Origin: Sulfurovum sp.
Lineage (GTDB): Bacteria; Campylobacterota; Campylobacteria; Campylobacterales; Sulfurovaceae
Reading direction: 5' to 3'
Length of the DNA: 64,000 bases
Assembly (NCBI RefSeq): GCF_036568385.1
Contig: NZ_DATCSP010000026.1
Coordinates: 16,224-80,223 of the forward strand
Shown: one piece after another, positions 39,569 to 49,695 of the stretch
How the letters are laid out: every line of letters begins with the position of its first letter
Numbering within the stretch: position 1 is the stretch's first letter
Translations under genes and position numbers: made by a program
The notes under the pieces: generated by a model
Databases searched by the model: none
The model's input: the letters and a program-made list of their open reading frames with translations, nothing else
What the model was told of the DNA's origin: nothing

Positions 39569-40843
39569 ATGTTAGAGTACGATAGAGAGCATATTCTTCA
39601 TCCTTATGCACCTTCCAACCCCTCCATAGATATGACCTTTGTCAGATCGGCCAGGGGTGTCTACCTTGAGCTGGAAGACGGAAAGAAGATCATCGATGGC
39701 ATGTCCTCCTGGTGGTCGGTCATCCATGGCTACAATGTGGAGGCTTTAAACAATGCTGCGGCAGAGCAGCTTTCAAAAATGTCTCATGTGATGTTCGGGG
39801 GCATTACGCATGAACCGGCGATCAAGCTGGCAAAAACGCTGATCGACATTACCGACGACGCTTTGGAACGGGTCTTTTTCAGTGATTCGGGTTCTGTGAG
39901 CGTTGAGGTGGCCTTGAAAATGGCATTTCAGTACTGGAGTTCGCAGGGGAACAGCCAAAAAAGCAAGATCCTGGCATTCTATAAAGGGTACCATGGTGAT
40001 ACCTTCGGAGCCATGAGCGTCTGTGATCCTGTCACGGGGATGCACTCGGTCTTTGAGAAGATACTGCATAAGAACATCTTTGCAGAGGCTCCGGGGTGTG
40101 CGTATGATGAAGCGTGGGATGATAGGTACATCGCCGACTTCGCCTCGAAGCTGGAGCAGCACCACCGTGAGATCGCTGCCGTAATACTCGAACCCATCGT
40201 GCAGGGCGCGGGCGGGATGAGGATCTACTCACCCCGGTTTTTAAAAGAAGTAAGCGCGCTGTGCGATGCCTATGATGTGCTGCTGATACTTGATGAGGTC
40301 GCTACAGGGTTCGGCAGGACAGGTAAATTGTTCGCGTACGAGCATGCGGGTGTCTCCCCGGATATTTTATGTGTCGGCAAGGCGCTGACGGGCGGTTACA
40401 TGTCACTCGCAGCGACACTCACGACCAAAAAAGTGATGGCCGGCGTGGAGTCCAACGGCAATGTGCTGATGCACGGGCCGACCTTTATGGCGAATCCGCT
40501 GGCGTGCAGTGTTGCCAATGCAAGTCTGGCATTGCTGCTTGATTCCCCCTGGCAGCAGAGGGTTTTAGCGATAGAGGCACAGCTCAAAGCGGAGCTGGCT
40601 GCGTGCAACGACCTTGACATTGTCAAAGAGGTGCGTGTGCTGGGTGCCATAGGTGTTGTGGAGCTCAACCGGGATGTGGATCTGGCATGGATGACACCGA
40701 AGTTCATTGAAAACGGTGTATGGATCAGGCCATTTTTGAACCTTGTCTATATCATGCCGCCCTATGTCACTTCGCGTGAAGAGTTAACGCAGATCACGCA
40801 AGCGATCCATGCTGTGATCAAAGAATTTGAAGCTTCTAGATAA
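39569..40843 (+). CDS. bioA: adenosylmethionine-8-amino-7-oxononanoate aminotransferase
   Basis: 'SSWWSVIHGY', 'DEVATGFGRTGKLFA' and the PLP lysine region 'GKALTGGY'. Confidence 0.9.
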   Translation: MLEYDREHILHPYAPSNPSIDMTFVRSARGVYLELEDGKKIIDGMSSWWSVIHGYNVEALNNAAAEQLSKMSHVMFGGITHEPAIKLAKTLIDITDDALERVFFSDSGSVSVEVALKMAFQYWSSQGNSQKSKILAFYKGYHGDTFGAMSVCDPVTGMHSVFEKILHKNIFAEAPGCAYDEAWDDRYIADFASKLEQHHREIAAVILEPIVQGAGGMRIYSPRFLKEVSALCDAYDVLLILDEVATGFGRTGKLFAYEHAGVSPDILCVGKALTGGYMSLAATLTTKKVMAGVESNGNVLMHGPTFMANPLACSVANASLALLLDSPWQQRVLAIEAQLKAELAACNDLDIVKEVRVLGAIGVVELNRDVDLAWMTPKFIENGVWIRPFLNLVYIMPPYVTSREELTQITQAIHAVIKEFEASR

Positions 40844-40875
40844 ACAGCGTCAAACAACATATAAAGGAGAAAAAA

Positions 40876-41193
40876 ATGTTTCCAGGATTACCGCTCAGAA
40901 AAGGGTTCTCAATGAAAGTGAAAGGTGCAGTGCATCTTAATCGTCCGGACCTGCATATATTAGCCGCAGAACTGGGTATCAGCGAGAGGGATGTACTTTT
41001 AAACGATGACATACTGACTGTATACAACACATCCAAGGAGTGCCAGGAGATCGTAGACGACAATGCTTTGGTCCCGATGGTCGCACTCACCCTGAATATC
41101 CCTGCTGAAGACATCAGTGAGTTGAAAGAGGTGGAAGAAGAACCGATGGAGATGGACTTTGACCTGGATGATATGGACATGGACGATCTGTAG
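40876..41193 (+). CDS. hypothetical protein with a highly acidic C-terminus
   Basis: 105-aa ORF with AAGGAG RBS. Tail reads 'EEEPMEMDFDLDDMDMDDL'. Confidence 0.45.
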   Translation: MFPGLPLRKGFSMKVKGAVHLNRPDLHILAAELGISERDVLLNDDILTVYNTSKECQEIVDDNALVPMVALTLNIPAEDISELKEVEEEPMEMDFDLDDMDMDDL

Positions 41194-41268
41194 CCTATCA
41201 GCGGTTCTTCCTGTTCCCGGCCTGCCGCGTCATGCCGATGGGAACAGGAAATGCGAAAACCTACAGTC

Positions 41269-42417
41269 CTACAAGGCCTTTTCGAGGATCTCTCTCAGCA
41301 CGGCTTTGGTATAGGTTTCAGCAAGGCCGAAAGCTTCTGCATTACCGTAGGCATTCTCCACGATCGCATCAAGATCACTCTCTTTGATAGAGAACTGTGA
41401 AAGCCTCGTCGGGGTACCGACCTTGTTGAACCATGACTCCAGTGCCTCTATCCCTTCCATGGCGTCCGAAAGTCCGAACACTTTCTGTGAGAAACGCTGG
41501 AACTGCCCTTCGTTCTGCGACACGTACCATTTCATCCAGGCAGGCATGACGACCGAAAGACCCGCGCCGTGCGGCACATTGAAAAGTGCAGAAAGCGTAT
41601 GCTCGATCATATGGTTCGGGAAACTGTATCCTTCCAGACCCAGATAGGTCGTACCGTTCAGCGCCTGCGTCGCTGCCCAGGCGAACTCTCCGCGTGCGTC
41701 ATAGTCATCCCGGTCTGCCAGCAGCGTTTCCGTGGTATTGATGACCGTGGTAATGTTCGCTTCCACATAGGCAGCGATGATATCCGGATGTGAAGAGGCA
41801 GTAAAGTACCCCTCTATGGAGTGGGCGATGACATCCGCCGCAGAGTAGACGAGGTACTCTTCGGAGACCGACTTTTGAAGTTCTGGATTGATGACGGATA
41901 CCCTTGGGTAGAGGTGCGGTGAAGCAATAGAGTATTTTTGTTTCGTTTCCTCGTTCGTCACCACGGCAAACGTGTTCATTTCGCTTCCAGACGCTGCAAG
42001 GGTGATGATGTCATAGACCGGCAGCGCCTTTTCGATCACACTCTTTCCGATAAAGAAGTCCCATACATCGCCGTCATACAGGGCACCGGCCGCTATGGCC
42101 TTTGCGCTGTCCAGTACGGAACCGCCGCCGACACTGAGGATGGCCTCCGCATGGTGTGCCTTTGCCAGATCTACGGCCTCATACACTTTTGAGAGCACCG
42201 GGTTGCTGACGATACCTCCCAACTCAACATATTCGATCCCGTTCTCTTCCAGGCTGGCTACTACAGTGTCGAACAGACCGTCTCTTTTGATACGGTCACT
42301 TCCATAGGCAAGGAGCACTTTTTTGATATTGTCTTCAGCGATATACGCGCCGATCTCTTTTTCTTTCTCTTTTCCAAACGCTATTTTTGTCGGATTTTGA
42401 TAGGTGAAATTGACCAT
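41269..42417 (-). CDS. iron-containing (group III) alcohol dehydrogenase
   Basis: 'SVGGGSVLDSAKAIA' and the His-rich metal site 'HSIEGY...HMIEHTL...HGAGL'. Confidence 0.85.
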   Translation of the reverse strand: MVNFTYQNPTKIAFGKEKEKEIGAYIAEDNIKKVLLAYGSDRIKRDGLFDTVVASLEENGIEYVELGGIVSNPVLSKVYEAVDLAKAHHAEAILSVGGGSVLDSAKAIAAGALYDGDVWDFFIGKSVIEKALPVYDIITLAASGSEMNTFAVVTNEETKQKYSIASPHLYPRVSVINPELQKSVSEEYLVYSAADVIAHSIEGYFTASSHPDIIAAYVEANITTVINTTETLLADRDDYDARGEFAWAATQALNGTTYLGLEGYSFPNHMIEHTLSALFNVPHGAGLSVVMPAWMKWYVSQNEGQFQRFSQKVFGLSDAMEGIEALESWFNKVGTPTRLSQFSIKESDLDAIVENAYGNAEAFGLAETYTKAVLREILEKAL

Positions 42418-42512
42418 TGTTGATCTCCTTATTGGTGTTGATATAGGGGCTATTATAGCTCATCATCCTCAAAGTTCCATGGATGATGTTCCTGTGTCCA
42501 TCTTCTATCTTC

Positions 42513-43184
42513 TTATGATAGTGTTAACATGGTACCGTTATAGAAGTAGGTTCCCAGTCCCAAGGTAAACAGCAGGTTTCCGTAAAGTGCATGAGCGACC
42601 GAGACAAGGAGTGTGGAGCGTGTTCTTTCATACATGGCAGCAAAGAGAAACCCTCCCGCAGCAGTAAGCAGGACCGCTACCCAGTTTTGGAAAATGACAT
42701 GCATGTAGCCAAAGAGCAGGGCGTTTACAGTGATCATCTGCCATTTTTGTTGAAAAAGCATCCTGTAGCGGTGAAAAAAGAAGGTCCTGTAGAGCAGCTC
42801 CTGGGGATAGACAGAGAGAAGCGGGTAGAGGATCACGATCAGCGCCCAGAGCAGAGGATCTTTTTTGAGCAGGGAAAAAAGATGGTCAGGACTGAAAAAG
42901 TAGACCAAAGCCACCATCACCGCTGCAATGAGGATAAATTGTTTCAGTACGAGCCTGTAGTTTTTTTTGAGTTCGGATGCGTGCCATAGCGTATCCCGGT
43001 CAAAGGATCTGTCTTTGAAAAGAGCCCAGATACTGAAAACAACGACCACCCACAAAAAGGGGAGAACAGGCACCGGAAGCAGTGCATAGATAGCGGCGGG
43101 AACGATAACGAAAATACCGAGGAGCTCACTGACAAGATAGGTGCGTGAGTGCATCAGTGATCCGTATATGCCGGTATGGTCCAT
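42513..43184 (-). CDS. CPBP-family intramembrane glutamic endopeptidase (CAAX/Abi-type)
   Basis: 'PQELLYRTFFF', 'FGYMH' and 'HALYGNLLF' motifs in a polytopic protein. Confidence 0.8.
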   Translation of the reverse strand: MDHTGIYGSLMHSRTYLVSELLGIFVIVPAAIYALLPVPVLPFLWVVVVFSIWALFKDRSFDRDTLWHASELKKNYRLVLKQFILIAAVMVALVYFFSPDHLFSLLKKDPLLWALIVILYPLLSVYPQELLYRTFFFHRYRMLFQQKWQMITVNALLFGYMHVIFQNWVAVLLTAAGGFLFAAMYERTRSTLLVSVAHALYGNLLFTLGLGTYFYNGTMLTLS

Positions 43185-43340
43185 AAAACAACCTCCACAC
43201 TTTTGTAGGGTACATTATATCGAAGCGTGGTAACAATGTGAACAGAATTGGTAATAAATAGGCATCGGTCACTCTAAGTTCTGTCTTACATGTTATAATT
43301 GAACGATTAAGACTTAAAATACGTGCAAGGGGTACAGGAT

Positions 43341-45233
43341 ATGGCCATTAACGAAATTCCGGTAGACCAGCGGGTGATCGATATCGATTCCCGCCGTTTT
43401 GCTTCCATAGAAAAAGCGCTGGTCGAACTGATCACCAACAGTGACGACAGTTATGCCCGGCTGGAAAAGGCAGGCAGATCAACGACAGGCGAGATCTCCG
43501 TTCAGTATGAAAGACATCAGAAAGGCGCATTACTGGTCGTGACCGACAAGGCGGAAGGGATGTCCTTCGAGCAGGTACGGCGTATATTGACCTATGGCGG
43601 TGCGCACAGTCCTCTGGCACGCGGCGAGAGCGGAGGTCGCGGTTATTTCGGGCGAGGTCTGAAACAGGCTATTTATGGTCTCGGACACGGATGGATAGAG
43701 ACCATCCAAAACGGACGGATTTCGCGTATAGAGCTTTTCAGGAGTGAAAACGGCGGTTACATCTATGACGACTGGAGCGGTGACCGGCCGGCCCTGTCCA
43801 GTGACTACAGCCGTCTTGGCATCGATGAGAATGGCACCCAGGTGACGATCGTCGTCGAGAACGCGCATGTGAACATCTCCCGCTACGGATCCCTCGTGCA
43901 GTCGGTCTCCAATAACATCTACCTGCGCGATGTGCTTGAGCGGCGCAAGGTGGAGCTGGTGAACCTGCAGCGGGGCAGGGAGCTGGAGAAGAGCGGGCAG
44001 GTCCGCTATGAAGAACCGCCCTCGATGCTGCTGCTGGGCCCGGACGAAACGGGACACTTCGAGTATCAGAACGCCCTGTACCCCTTCACGCTCACGCTGA
44101 AACGTGCGTTAGATACAGAACTGACGCCCAGCGGTGACGAACGGACGAACGGACTGGTCGTCATTTCCGACATGGCCGTACTGGACTGCCAGCTCTTCGA
44201 CTATGAGAATCAGGTGGGGACAGAGTACCTTTTTGGTACCGTGCGCTGTCCCGCACTGATCGAAAAACTGGGTCAGGGCATGGCCATCATCAGTGATGAA
44301 AGAGAGGGGCTGAACCATAAGGACCCTTTCGTGCATGCCTTTTCAAGGGCCGTCAGCACCATGATCTCATCCTCTGTGCTGGCAGAACAGGAAAAACTGA
44401 AACATCTTGAGCGTGCCTCGACCTCGGAGCGGACCAATCATATGATAGAGCATCTGCTTGAGCGTATGAATCTGGCCGCAGCCCGGGACCTGGGCATCAT
44501 GCTGCCGGCCGATGCCAGTGAGCCTGTCTCCGCAGGCGGGGGAGAAGTTTCGGACCTGCTGCGTTTCACTACCCCTTTTTATTACCGGAAGCTCGACCAT
44601 CCTTTCCATGTCGCACTGCTGATAGATCCCGCTCAGTTCCCGGAGGATGAAGTACTGCAATTCGAGTACACGTTGCCCGAATCGATGCGTATCGAACCAA
44701 TACCTGCGGAAATACCGATACGCGAACTGGGTGATACGCACAGGATAGAATGGACGGTGACAGGCCGAACAGCTGGAGAAAACGGCAGGATCATGGTGCG
44801 GGCGGGAAGCTACTGGGCGTGGTGCGAGATCGTGGTCGCGGAGCATACCTCCCATCACAGCCATAGTACATCGGCCCATGCTGCCAAAAGGAGAGTGCCC
44901 AGGGACCACGGCGCGGACATGTTCGCAGGGTATGAACTTCGCAATCTGGAGAATGAGCTGAACAGGGCCGTATACAGTCCGGAAGAACGGAAGATCATCA
45001 TCAATACAGGTGCACCGACGGTACAGCTCTATGTGGACGGCCGAGGACATTTCCGGGATTCCGCAAGGCTGCTGCTGGCGGAGCTTTTCATGGATGTGAT
45101 CTCAGATGAACTCGCCCATCGCCTGATAGAAAGAACGGGGCAGAAAGGTGACATGGAAGCCTATCACGCTGCGAAGATGGATATCATCCGCCGCTACGGC
45201 AGCGATATTCATCTTTCTTTTCTTAAGACGTAA
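43341..45233 (+). CDS. GHKL-superfamily ATPase (HATPase_c_3/MORC-Hsp90-like N-terminus) with an unrecognised ~430-aa C-terminus
   Basis: N box 'ELITNSDDS', G1 'VTDKAEGMS' and G2 'GGRGYFGRGLKQAIYG'. The ORF opens at GTG 43323, but the ATG at 43341 has AAGGGG 8 nt upstream. Confidence 0.7.
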   Translation: MAINEIPVDQRVIDIDSRRFASIEKALVELITNSDDSYARLEKAGRSTTGEISVQYERHQKGALLVVTDKAEGMSFEQVRRILTYGGAHSPLARGESGGRGYFGRGLKQAIYGLGHGWIETIQNGRISRIELFRSENGGYIYDDWSGDRPALSSDYSRLGIDENGTQVTIVVENAHVNISRYGSLVQSVSNNIYLRDVLERRKVELVNLQRGRELEKSGQVRYEEPPSMLLLGPDETGHFEYQNALYPFTLTLKRALDTELTPSGDERTNGLVVISDMAVLDCQLFDYENQVGTEYLFGTVRCPALIEKLGQGMAIISDEREGLNHKDPFVHAFSRAVSTMISSSVLAEQEKLKHLERASTSERTNHMIEHLLERMNLAAARDLGIMLPADASEPVSAGGGEVSDLLRFTTPFYYRKLDHPFHVALLIDPAQFPEDEVLQFEYTLPESMRIEPIPAEIPIRELGDTHRIEWTVTGRTAGENGRIMVRAGSYWAWCEIVVAEHTSHHSHSTSAHAAKRRVPRDHGADMFAGYELRNLENELNRAVYSPEERKIIINTGAPTVQLYVDGRGHFRDSARLLLAELFMDVISDELAHRLIERTGQKGDMEAYHAAKMDIIRRYGSDIHLSFLKT

Positions 45234-45244
45234 GAGCTTACAGA

Positions 45245-46486
45245 CTAAAAATTATAATCGAGCTGTACCCAGTATTTGGTGACATCCTCTTGTGCTGCGC
45301 TGATCACAGAGTCCGATTCTCCTGAAAAGAACGCTGCTTTTGCAAGAAAGTTCAGATCTTTTGAGAACGTATACGTATAAAGCAGATCCAGTTCTGTGCC
45401 TGCATCATCACTCAGTATGCCGTCTGTCTCCTGTGTACTGAATGTATGGTAGATCGCAAGCACTTGACCGAACGTTGGATTCGCATAACCGATCTTTGCA
45501 TACATATCATCCAGACCGTAGGTATTGCTTCCGCCTGTATAGCCTAAAAATACATCTGCAAATCCCTGCCATTTATGCAGCGTGGCAAGTGGTGTGGTGA
45601 AACCGTGCGTATTTTCATCGGCATCTCCCATGGACTCATAGGCAGCACCAAGGATCAGCCCATGGTAGTTGGTACCGATATCACCTCTAAAATACATTGC
45701 ATCTACCTGAGGTTCACCGGCATTTTCGTACTCTATACTTGCATCCTTCTGGGTCGCTACTTCTGCAATATAGTTGATGATACCAATTTTACCTGATGCC
45801 ATCAGACCGTAGGTATCGCTGTTGGATCCCAACAAATATCCATACGCAGAGAGTTTAAGTTCCGGCATTGCCTTATAATCTGCATGAAGTAGTACGCTTT
45901 TGGTTCCACCAGAAAGTGTATCCATAATACCATAGCGTTCAGTCAGGTAGGCCGCCATGAGATCCACATTTTCCAACGAGCTATTTTTCAGGGTATACCC
46001 CATGAAGGTCTGAGGCATCTGTCTCCAGCCTACAGCCCCTATAAATCTCTGGTCATCAAGGTTGATCATCTGGCGTCCTGCACGCATAAGGGTATCTCCC
46101 ATTTTATAGTCCAGATAGGCCTGGGTGATACGTTCGTTCTGCGGGTCTGCGATCAAGGCATATCCCGCTTGTTCCGGTGCATACTCATCATATCCGAAGT
46201 TGGTAACCGCCATGATCTGACCAAACGCACTCAGCCCCTCAATGGCGCCGATATCCGCACCTGCCGATAATGCGAAACGGGTGGTGATCGCATCGGCTTC
46301 ATCCTTGACACTGTCATCAGCAAATTCATAACGTGTGCGAAGCTCGCCGCTGTATCTGACATCTGTAAATATCCCTGTATCCGTTCCTTTTTCCGTTTCC
46401 GCCTTTACAGGCTCTTGTGGTAGAACTTCTCCTCCGGCCATAGCCATCACTGATGCAGCTATAGACAATAAAATTTTCTTTTTCAT
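45245..46486 (-). CDS. outer-membrane beta-barrel porin
   Basis: Signal peptide, alternating amphipathic pattern, and a C-terminal aromatic signature '...YWVQLDYNF'. Confidence 0.7.
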   Translation of the reverse strand: MKKKILLSIAASVMAMAGGEVLPQEPVKAETEKGTDTGIFTDVRYSGELRTRYEFADDSVKDEADAITTRFALSAGADIGAIEGLSAFGQIMAVTNFGYDEYAPEQAGYALIADPQNERITQAYLDYKMGDTLMRAGRQMINLDDQRFIGAVGWRQMPQTFMGYTLKNSSLENVDLMAAYLTERYGIMDTLSGGTKSVLLHADYKAMPELKLSAYGYLLGSNSDTYGLMASGKIGIINYIAEVATQKDASIEYENAGEPQVDAMYFRGDIGTNYHGLILGAAYESMGDADENTHGFTTPLATLHKWQGFADVFLGYTGGSNTYGLDDMYAKIGYANPTFGQVLAIYHTFSTQETDGILSDDAGTELDLLYTYTFSKDLNFLAKAAFFSGESDSVISAAQEDVTKYWVQLDYNF

Positions 46487-46554
46487 CGTTTTATTCCTTT
46501 ATTTTTTTAATGAAATCTCTTTGTTCTTTCCCCGCAGTATGTTTTAAGTCTATC

Positions 46555-47352
46555 TTACTCATCCTCCTTTGCAAATTTTTCATAGAGGAAACTCAGTATG
46601 GCTTCTCTGCACCGTGTGTACTCAGGGTCTTTTTGAAGTTCGACTCTGTTTCTAGGTCTGGGCAGATTCACTTCAAGTATCTCACCGATCGTGGCTTCAG
46701 GACCGTTGGTCATCATGATCACTCTGTCACTGAGCAGTACAGCTTCATCCACATCATGGGTAATGATAATAACGGTGTTTTGCACGTTCTGCTGTATTCT
46801 CATAAGGTGTTCCTGCAAATTCGCACGTGTCAGTGAATCCAGTGCACCAAAAGGTTCATCCATCAAGAGTACTTTAGGTTTGATCGCCATTGCTCTTGCA
46901 ATGCCCACACGCTGTTTCATGCCGCCACTGATCTCATCTGGCAGCTTGTTTTTGGCTTGATCAAGGTTGACCATAGAGACAAATTTTTCTACTCTCTCTC
47001 TGAGCTCCTGTTTGGTAAGGTCCGGCATGACCTTTTGCACGGCCATTTCAATATTCTGATAGACACTCAGCCACGGAAGCAGAGAGTGGTTCTGGAATAC
47101 GACCGCCCGATCAGGTCCCGGCCCCTTCACCTCCTTTCCCAGAAGAAATATATACCCATCGGTTTGGCCATCAAGCCCGGAGATCATATTAAGAAGCGTA
47201 GATTTACCGCATCCGCTGTGTCCGATGATGGAGATGATCTCATTTTTTCTGATCTCAAGGTTGACATCAGTCACAGCGATGTAGTCCTCTTTTCCCGGAA
47301 CAGGAAATCTTTTTTCAACATTTTCCAAATGTAAAAACTTTTGTGCACCCAT
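46555..47352 (-). CDS. nitrate/sulfonate/bicarbonate-type ABC transporter ATP-binding protein
   Basis: Walker A 'GHSGCGKST', signature 'ISGGMKQRVGIARA' and Walker B 'LLMDEP'. Confidence 0.85.
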   Translation of the reverse strand: MGAQKFLHLENVEKRFPVPGKEDYIAVTDVNLEIRKNEIISIIGHSGCGKSTLLNMISGLDGQTDGYIFLLGKEVKGPGPDRAVVFQNHSLLPWLSVYQNIEMAVQKVMPDLTKQELRERVEKFVSMVNLDQAKNKLPDEISGGMKQRVGIARAMAIKPKVLLMDEPFGALDSLTRANLQEHLMRIQQNVQNTVIIITHDVDEAVLLSDRVIMMTNGPEATIGEILEVNLPRPRNRVELQKDPEYTRCREAILSFLYEKFAKEDE

Positions 47353-48167
47353 TATGATCTTCCTTTCTTCCTGTAGTCAAAAAAGTCTGAGACCTTACCC
47401 ATCAGCAGATCCAGTATAAAACCGACAATACCGACGATCAGAATTCCTATGATGATATGGTGATAGTTGAGATTGTTGTACTCATCCCAGATCCAAAAAC
47501 CGATACCGATACCTCCTGTCAGCATCTCAGCGGCCACAATGACCAGCCATGCAATTCCCAAAGAGAGTCTCATTCCTGTAAATATGAACGGAACAGCTAC
47601 CGGCAGAATGATCTTTCTTATCTTTTCCATCGGCGTGAACTGTAATACCTTTGCTACATTCATATAATCCTGACTAACATTACGTACGCCAAGGGCTGTA
47701 TTGATGATGATCGGCCAGATGGAGGTTACAAATATGGTGGATATCGCCGTCATATTGATATCCTGAAAGATATATAACAGAAGGGGCAGCCATGCCAGTG
47801 GTGAAACCGGTTTGAATATTTGGATAAACGGGTCAAATGCATACTGTGCACTTTTACTCATGCCGATCATCAGGCCTAGCGGTACACCTGCAAAAATTGC
47901 CAGAGTGAATCCTGCAAAAACCCTCTCTAGTGATGCGAAGATCTGCCAGAAAACTCCTTTATTATCTTCATTGACAATATAAAATGGATCGGTGAGTACC
48001 CCTTCCACTTCATCACCGTTGGAAGTCGTCCCTCCGAATGCAGAGACATAGGTATCGCCAGGGGTAGGAAAATCCTCAACTACCGCAGCAAGCCATGACC
48101 ATGCAGCCAATATCACAGCAAGTACGATGACAGGGAGTATGATCTTCTTGGCAAGTTCGTTTTTCAT
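47352..48167 (-). CDS. nitrate-type ABC transporter permease
   Basis: BPD-type permease with an EAA-like loop 'MNVAKVLQFTPMEKIRKIILP'. ATG at 48167 follows AAGGA. The stop overlaps the ATPase start. Confidence 0.85.
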   Translation of the reverse strand: MKNELAKKIILPVIVLAVILAAWSWLAAVVEDFPTPGDTYVSAFGGTTSNGDEVEGVLTDPFYIVNEDNKGVFWQIFASLERVFAGFTLAIFAGVPLGLMIGMSKSAQYAFDPFIQIFKPVSPLAWLPLLLYIFQDINMTAISTIFVTSIWPIIINTALGVRNVSQDYMNVAKVLQFTPMEKIRKIILPVAVPFIFTGMRLSLGIAWLVIVAAEMLTGGIGIGFWIWDEYNNLNYHHIIIGILIVGIVGFILDLLMGKVSDFFDYRKKGRS

Positions 48168-48220
48168 TGTATTCCTTTTATTATTTGTGGCCAAAGTCAA
48201 AGACCATGGTGTATGTATAG

Positions 48221-49600
48221 CTATTTTGTGACATATTTGGGATCAGCGCACCCGGCTGGTCCGTAAGGACATACGTAAGAAGGCTGCTTGGTCTCTACCG
48301 TCCAGTTGTTTGCCTGTAAAAGCTCCTCTTTACTTACTTTTGGCGCGGTGACCTCGAAACTGTAAATATAGTCGACTGACTTGTTGGGGTCATACACCTT
48401 GCCGTCCATAAATTTGTTGTACTCATCTACACCGTCTTTCTTCCAAGGGCTGGGCGGAAGAGAGTAGCCTACCTCTTTAGCCGCTTCGGCAAACAGGTCA
48501 GGCCTGTAGACCTTTTCGATCACCTCTTTCATGTTGACCGCTTTGTCCAGCTGTCCCCAACGATACATTTGTGTGATGAACCACATACCATGGCTGTAAA
48601 ATGGATATGCTGCATAGTAGTTCGCGAAAACGTTGAACATAGGGTTCGGCTCTGACTCCTGTCCTTTGAGGTATTGGAAGGTTCCGGTCATGGATTTTTC
48701 AAGTACTTTTACCGGTGCTTTGACATAGTTCGGTTTACTCAGAATCCTGGCGGCTTCCTTTCTGTTTTCCCAGCTTTCATCCAGCCACATCTGTGCTTCA
48801 ATGATCGCTTTCATCACCGCTTGCGTTGTTTCCGGATACTTTTCTACAAAGTCTGCACGCGTTTGAAGCACTTTTTCAGGGTTGTTGTTCCAGATATCAT
48901 AATTTGTGACGAGCGTTGAACCTTTGTTGGCCATCACGATACGTTCGTTCCATGGCTCGCCTACACAATAGCCTTCGATATTTCCGGCTATGAGGTTGGA
49001 TGGCATGGTGGGAGGGGGGAACGGCTTGATCGTTGTATCTTCATCCGGTTTGATCCCCGAACTTGCCATCCAGTATCTCAGTTCGTAGTTATGGGTAGAT
49101 ACCGGGTGTACCATACCGAAGTTCAAAGGCTTATAGTCTGATCCTTCAGCAGCATGTTTCGCATCGATATACTTTTTAAGTGCTTCGGAACCAAGCGGAC
49201 GTTTTGTCTCATCCATGCCGTACTTTTGCATCTCTTTGATGATCTTGTTCCCATAGGTAATGCCATTGCCATTGAGATCCAGTGAGAGTAATGCCTGCAG
49301 ATCTGCATTTCCATTGATACCCAAAGTTGCTGCTATCGGCATACCTGCAAGGGCATGAGAAAAGTCGTACTCACCGTTGATCACTTTTTGCTGGATCCCG
49401 GGCCATCCTCCACCTTCTTTAACGACATGTACATCCAAGCCATATTTTTCAAAGAAGCCTTTTTCTTTAGCGATAACAATAGGCGCACAATCCGTAAGTG
49501 CGATAAACCCTATTTTCAATTGTTTCTTTTCAACCTCTGCCAACACGGCAGTTGTGACCAACGAGAGTCCTAATCCTATTTTCAAAACTTTTCTCAACAT
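48221..49600 (-). CDS. NrtA/CmpA-family nitrate ABC transporter substrate-binding protein
   Basis: Signal peptide, 'LKIGFIALTDCAPIVIAKEKGFF', and ~450-aa size typical of NrtA. Confidence 0.8.
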   Translation of the reverse strand: MLRKVLKIGLGLSLVTTAVLAEVEKKQLKIGFIALTDCAPIVIAKEKGFFEKYGLDVHVVKEGGGWPGIQQKVINGEYDFSHALAGMPIAATLGINGNADLQALLSLDLNGNGITYGNKIIKEMQKYGMDETKRPLGSEALKKYIDAKHAAEGSDYKPLNFGMVHPVSTHNYELRYWMASSGIKPDEDTTIKPFPPPTMPSNLIAGNIEGYCVGEPWNERIVMANKGSTLVTNYDIWNNNPEKVLQTRADFVEKYPETTQAVMKAIIEAQMWLDESWENRKEAARILSKPNYVKAPVKVLEKSMTGTFQYLKGQESEPNPMFNVFANYYAAYPFYSHGMWFITQMYRWGQLDKAVNMKEVIEKVYRPDLFAEAAKEVGYSLPPSPWKKDGVDEYNKFMDGKVYDPNKSVDYIYSFEVTAPKVSKEELLQANNWTVETKQPSYVCPYGPAGCADPKYVTK

Positions 49601-49678
49601 TTTTACTCCTTAAATTTACATAAAATGCTTTGATGTGAAAATAGTAACATAGATATAGATATTAAATAAACAATAAAT

Positions 49679-49695
49679 TGATTAATTTTTAATCA
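49679..49695. promoter_or_regulatory. 7-3-7 perfect inverted repeat TGATTAA-TTT-TTAATCA in the divergent nitrate-assimilation promoter region
   Basis: Read directly from the sequence. It lies between nrtA (-) and nasA (+), about 30 nt upstream of a TATAAT at 49727-49732. Confidence 0.35.

Noticed and set aside
44367-45050. 227-aa ORF on the - strand inside the GHKL gene
   Set aside because: It is an antisense shadow ORF in G+C-rich DNA with no recognisable motifs. The sense frame is continuous for 636 codons.
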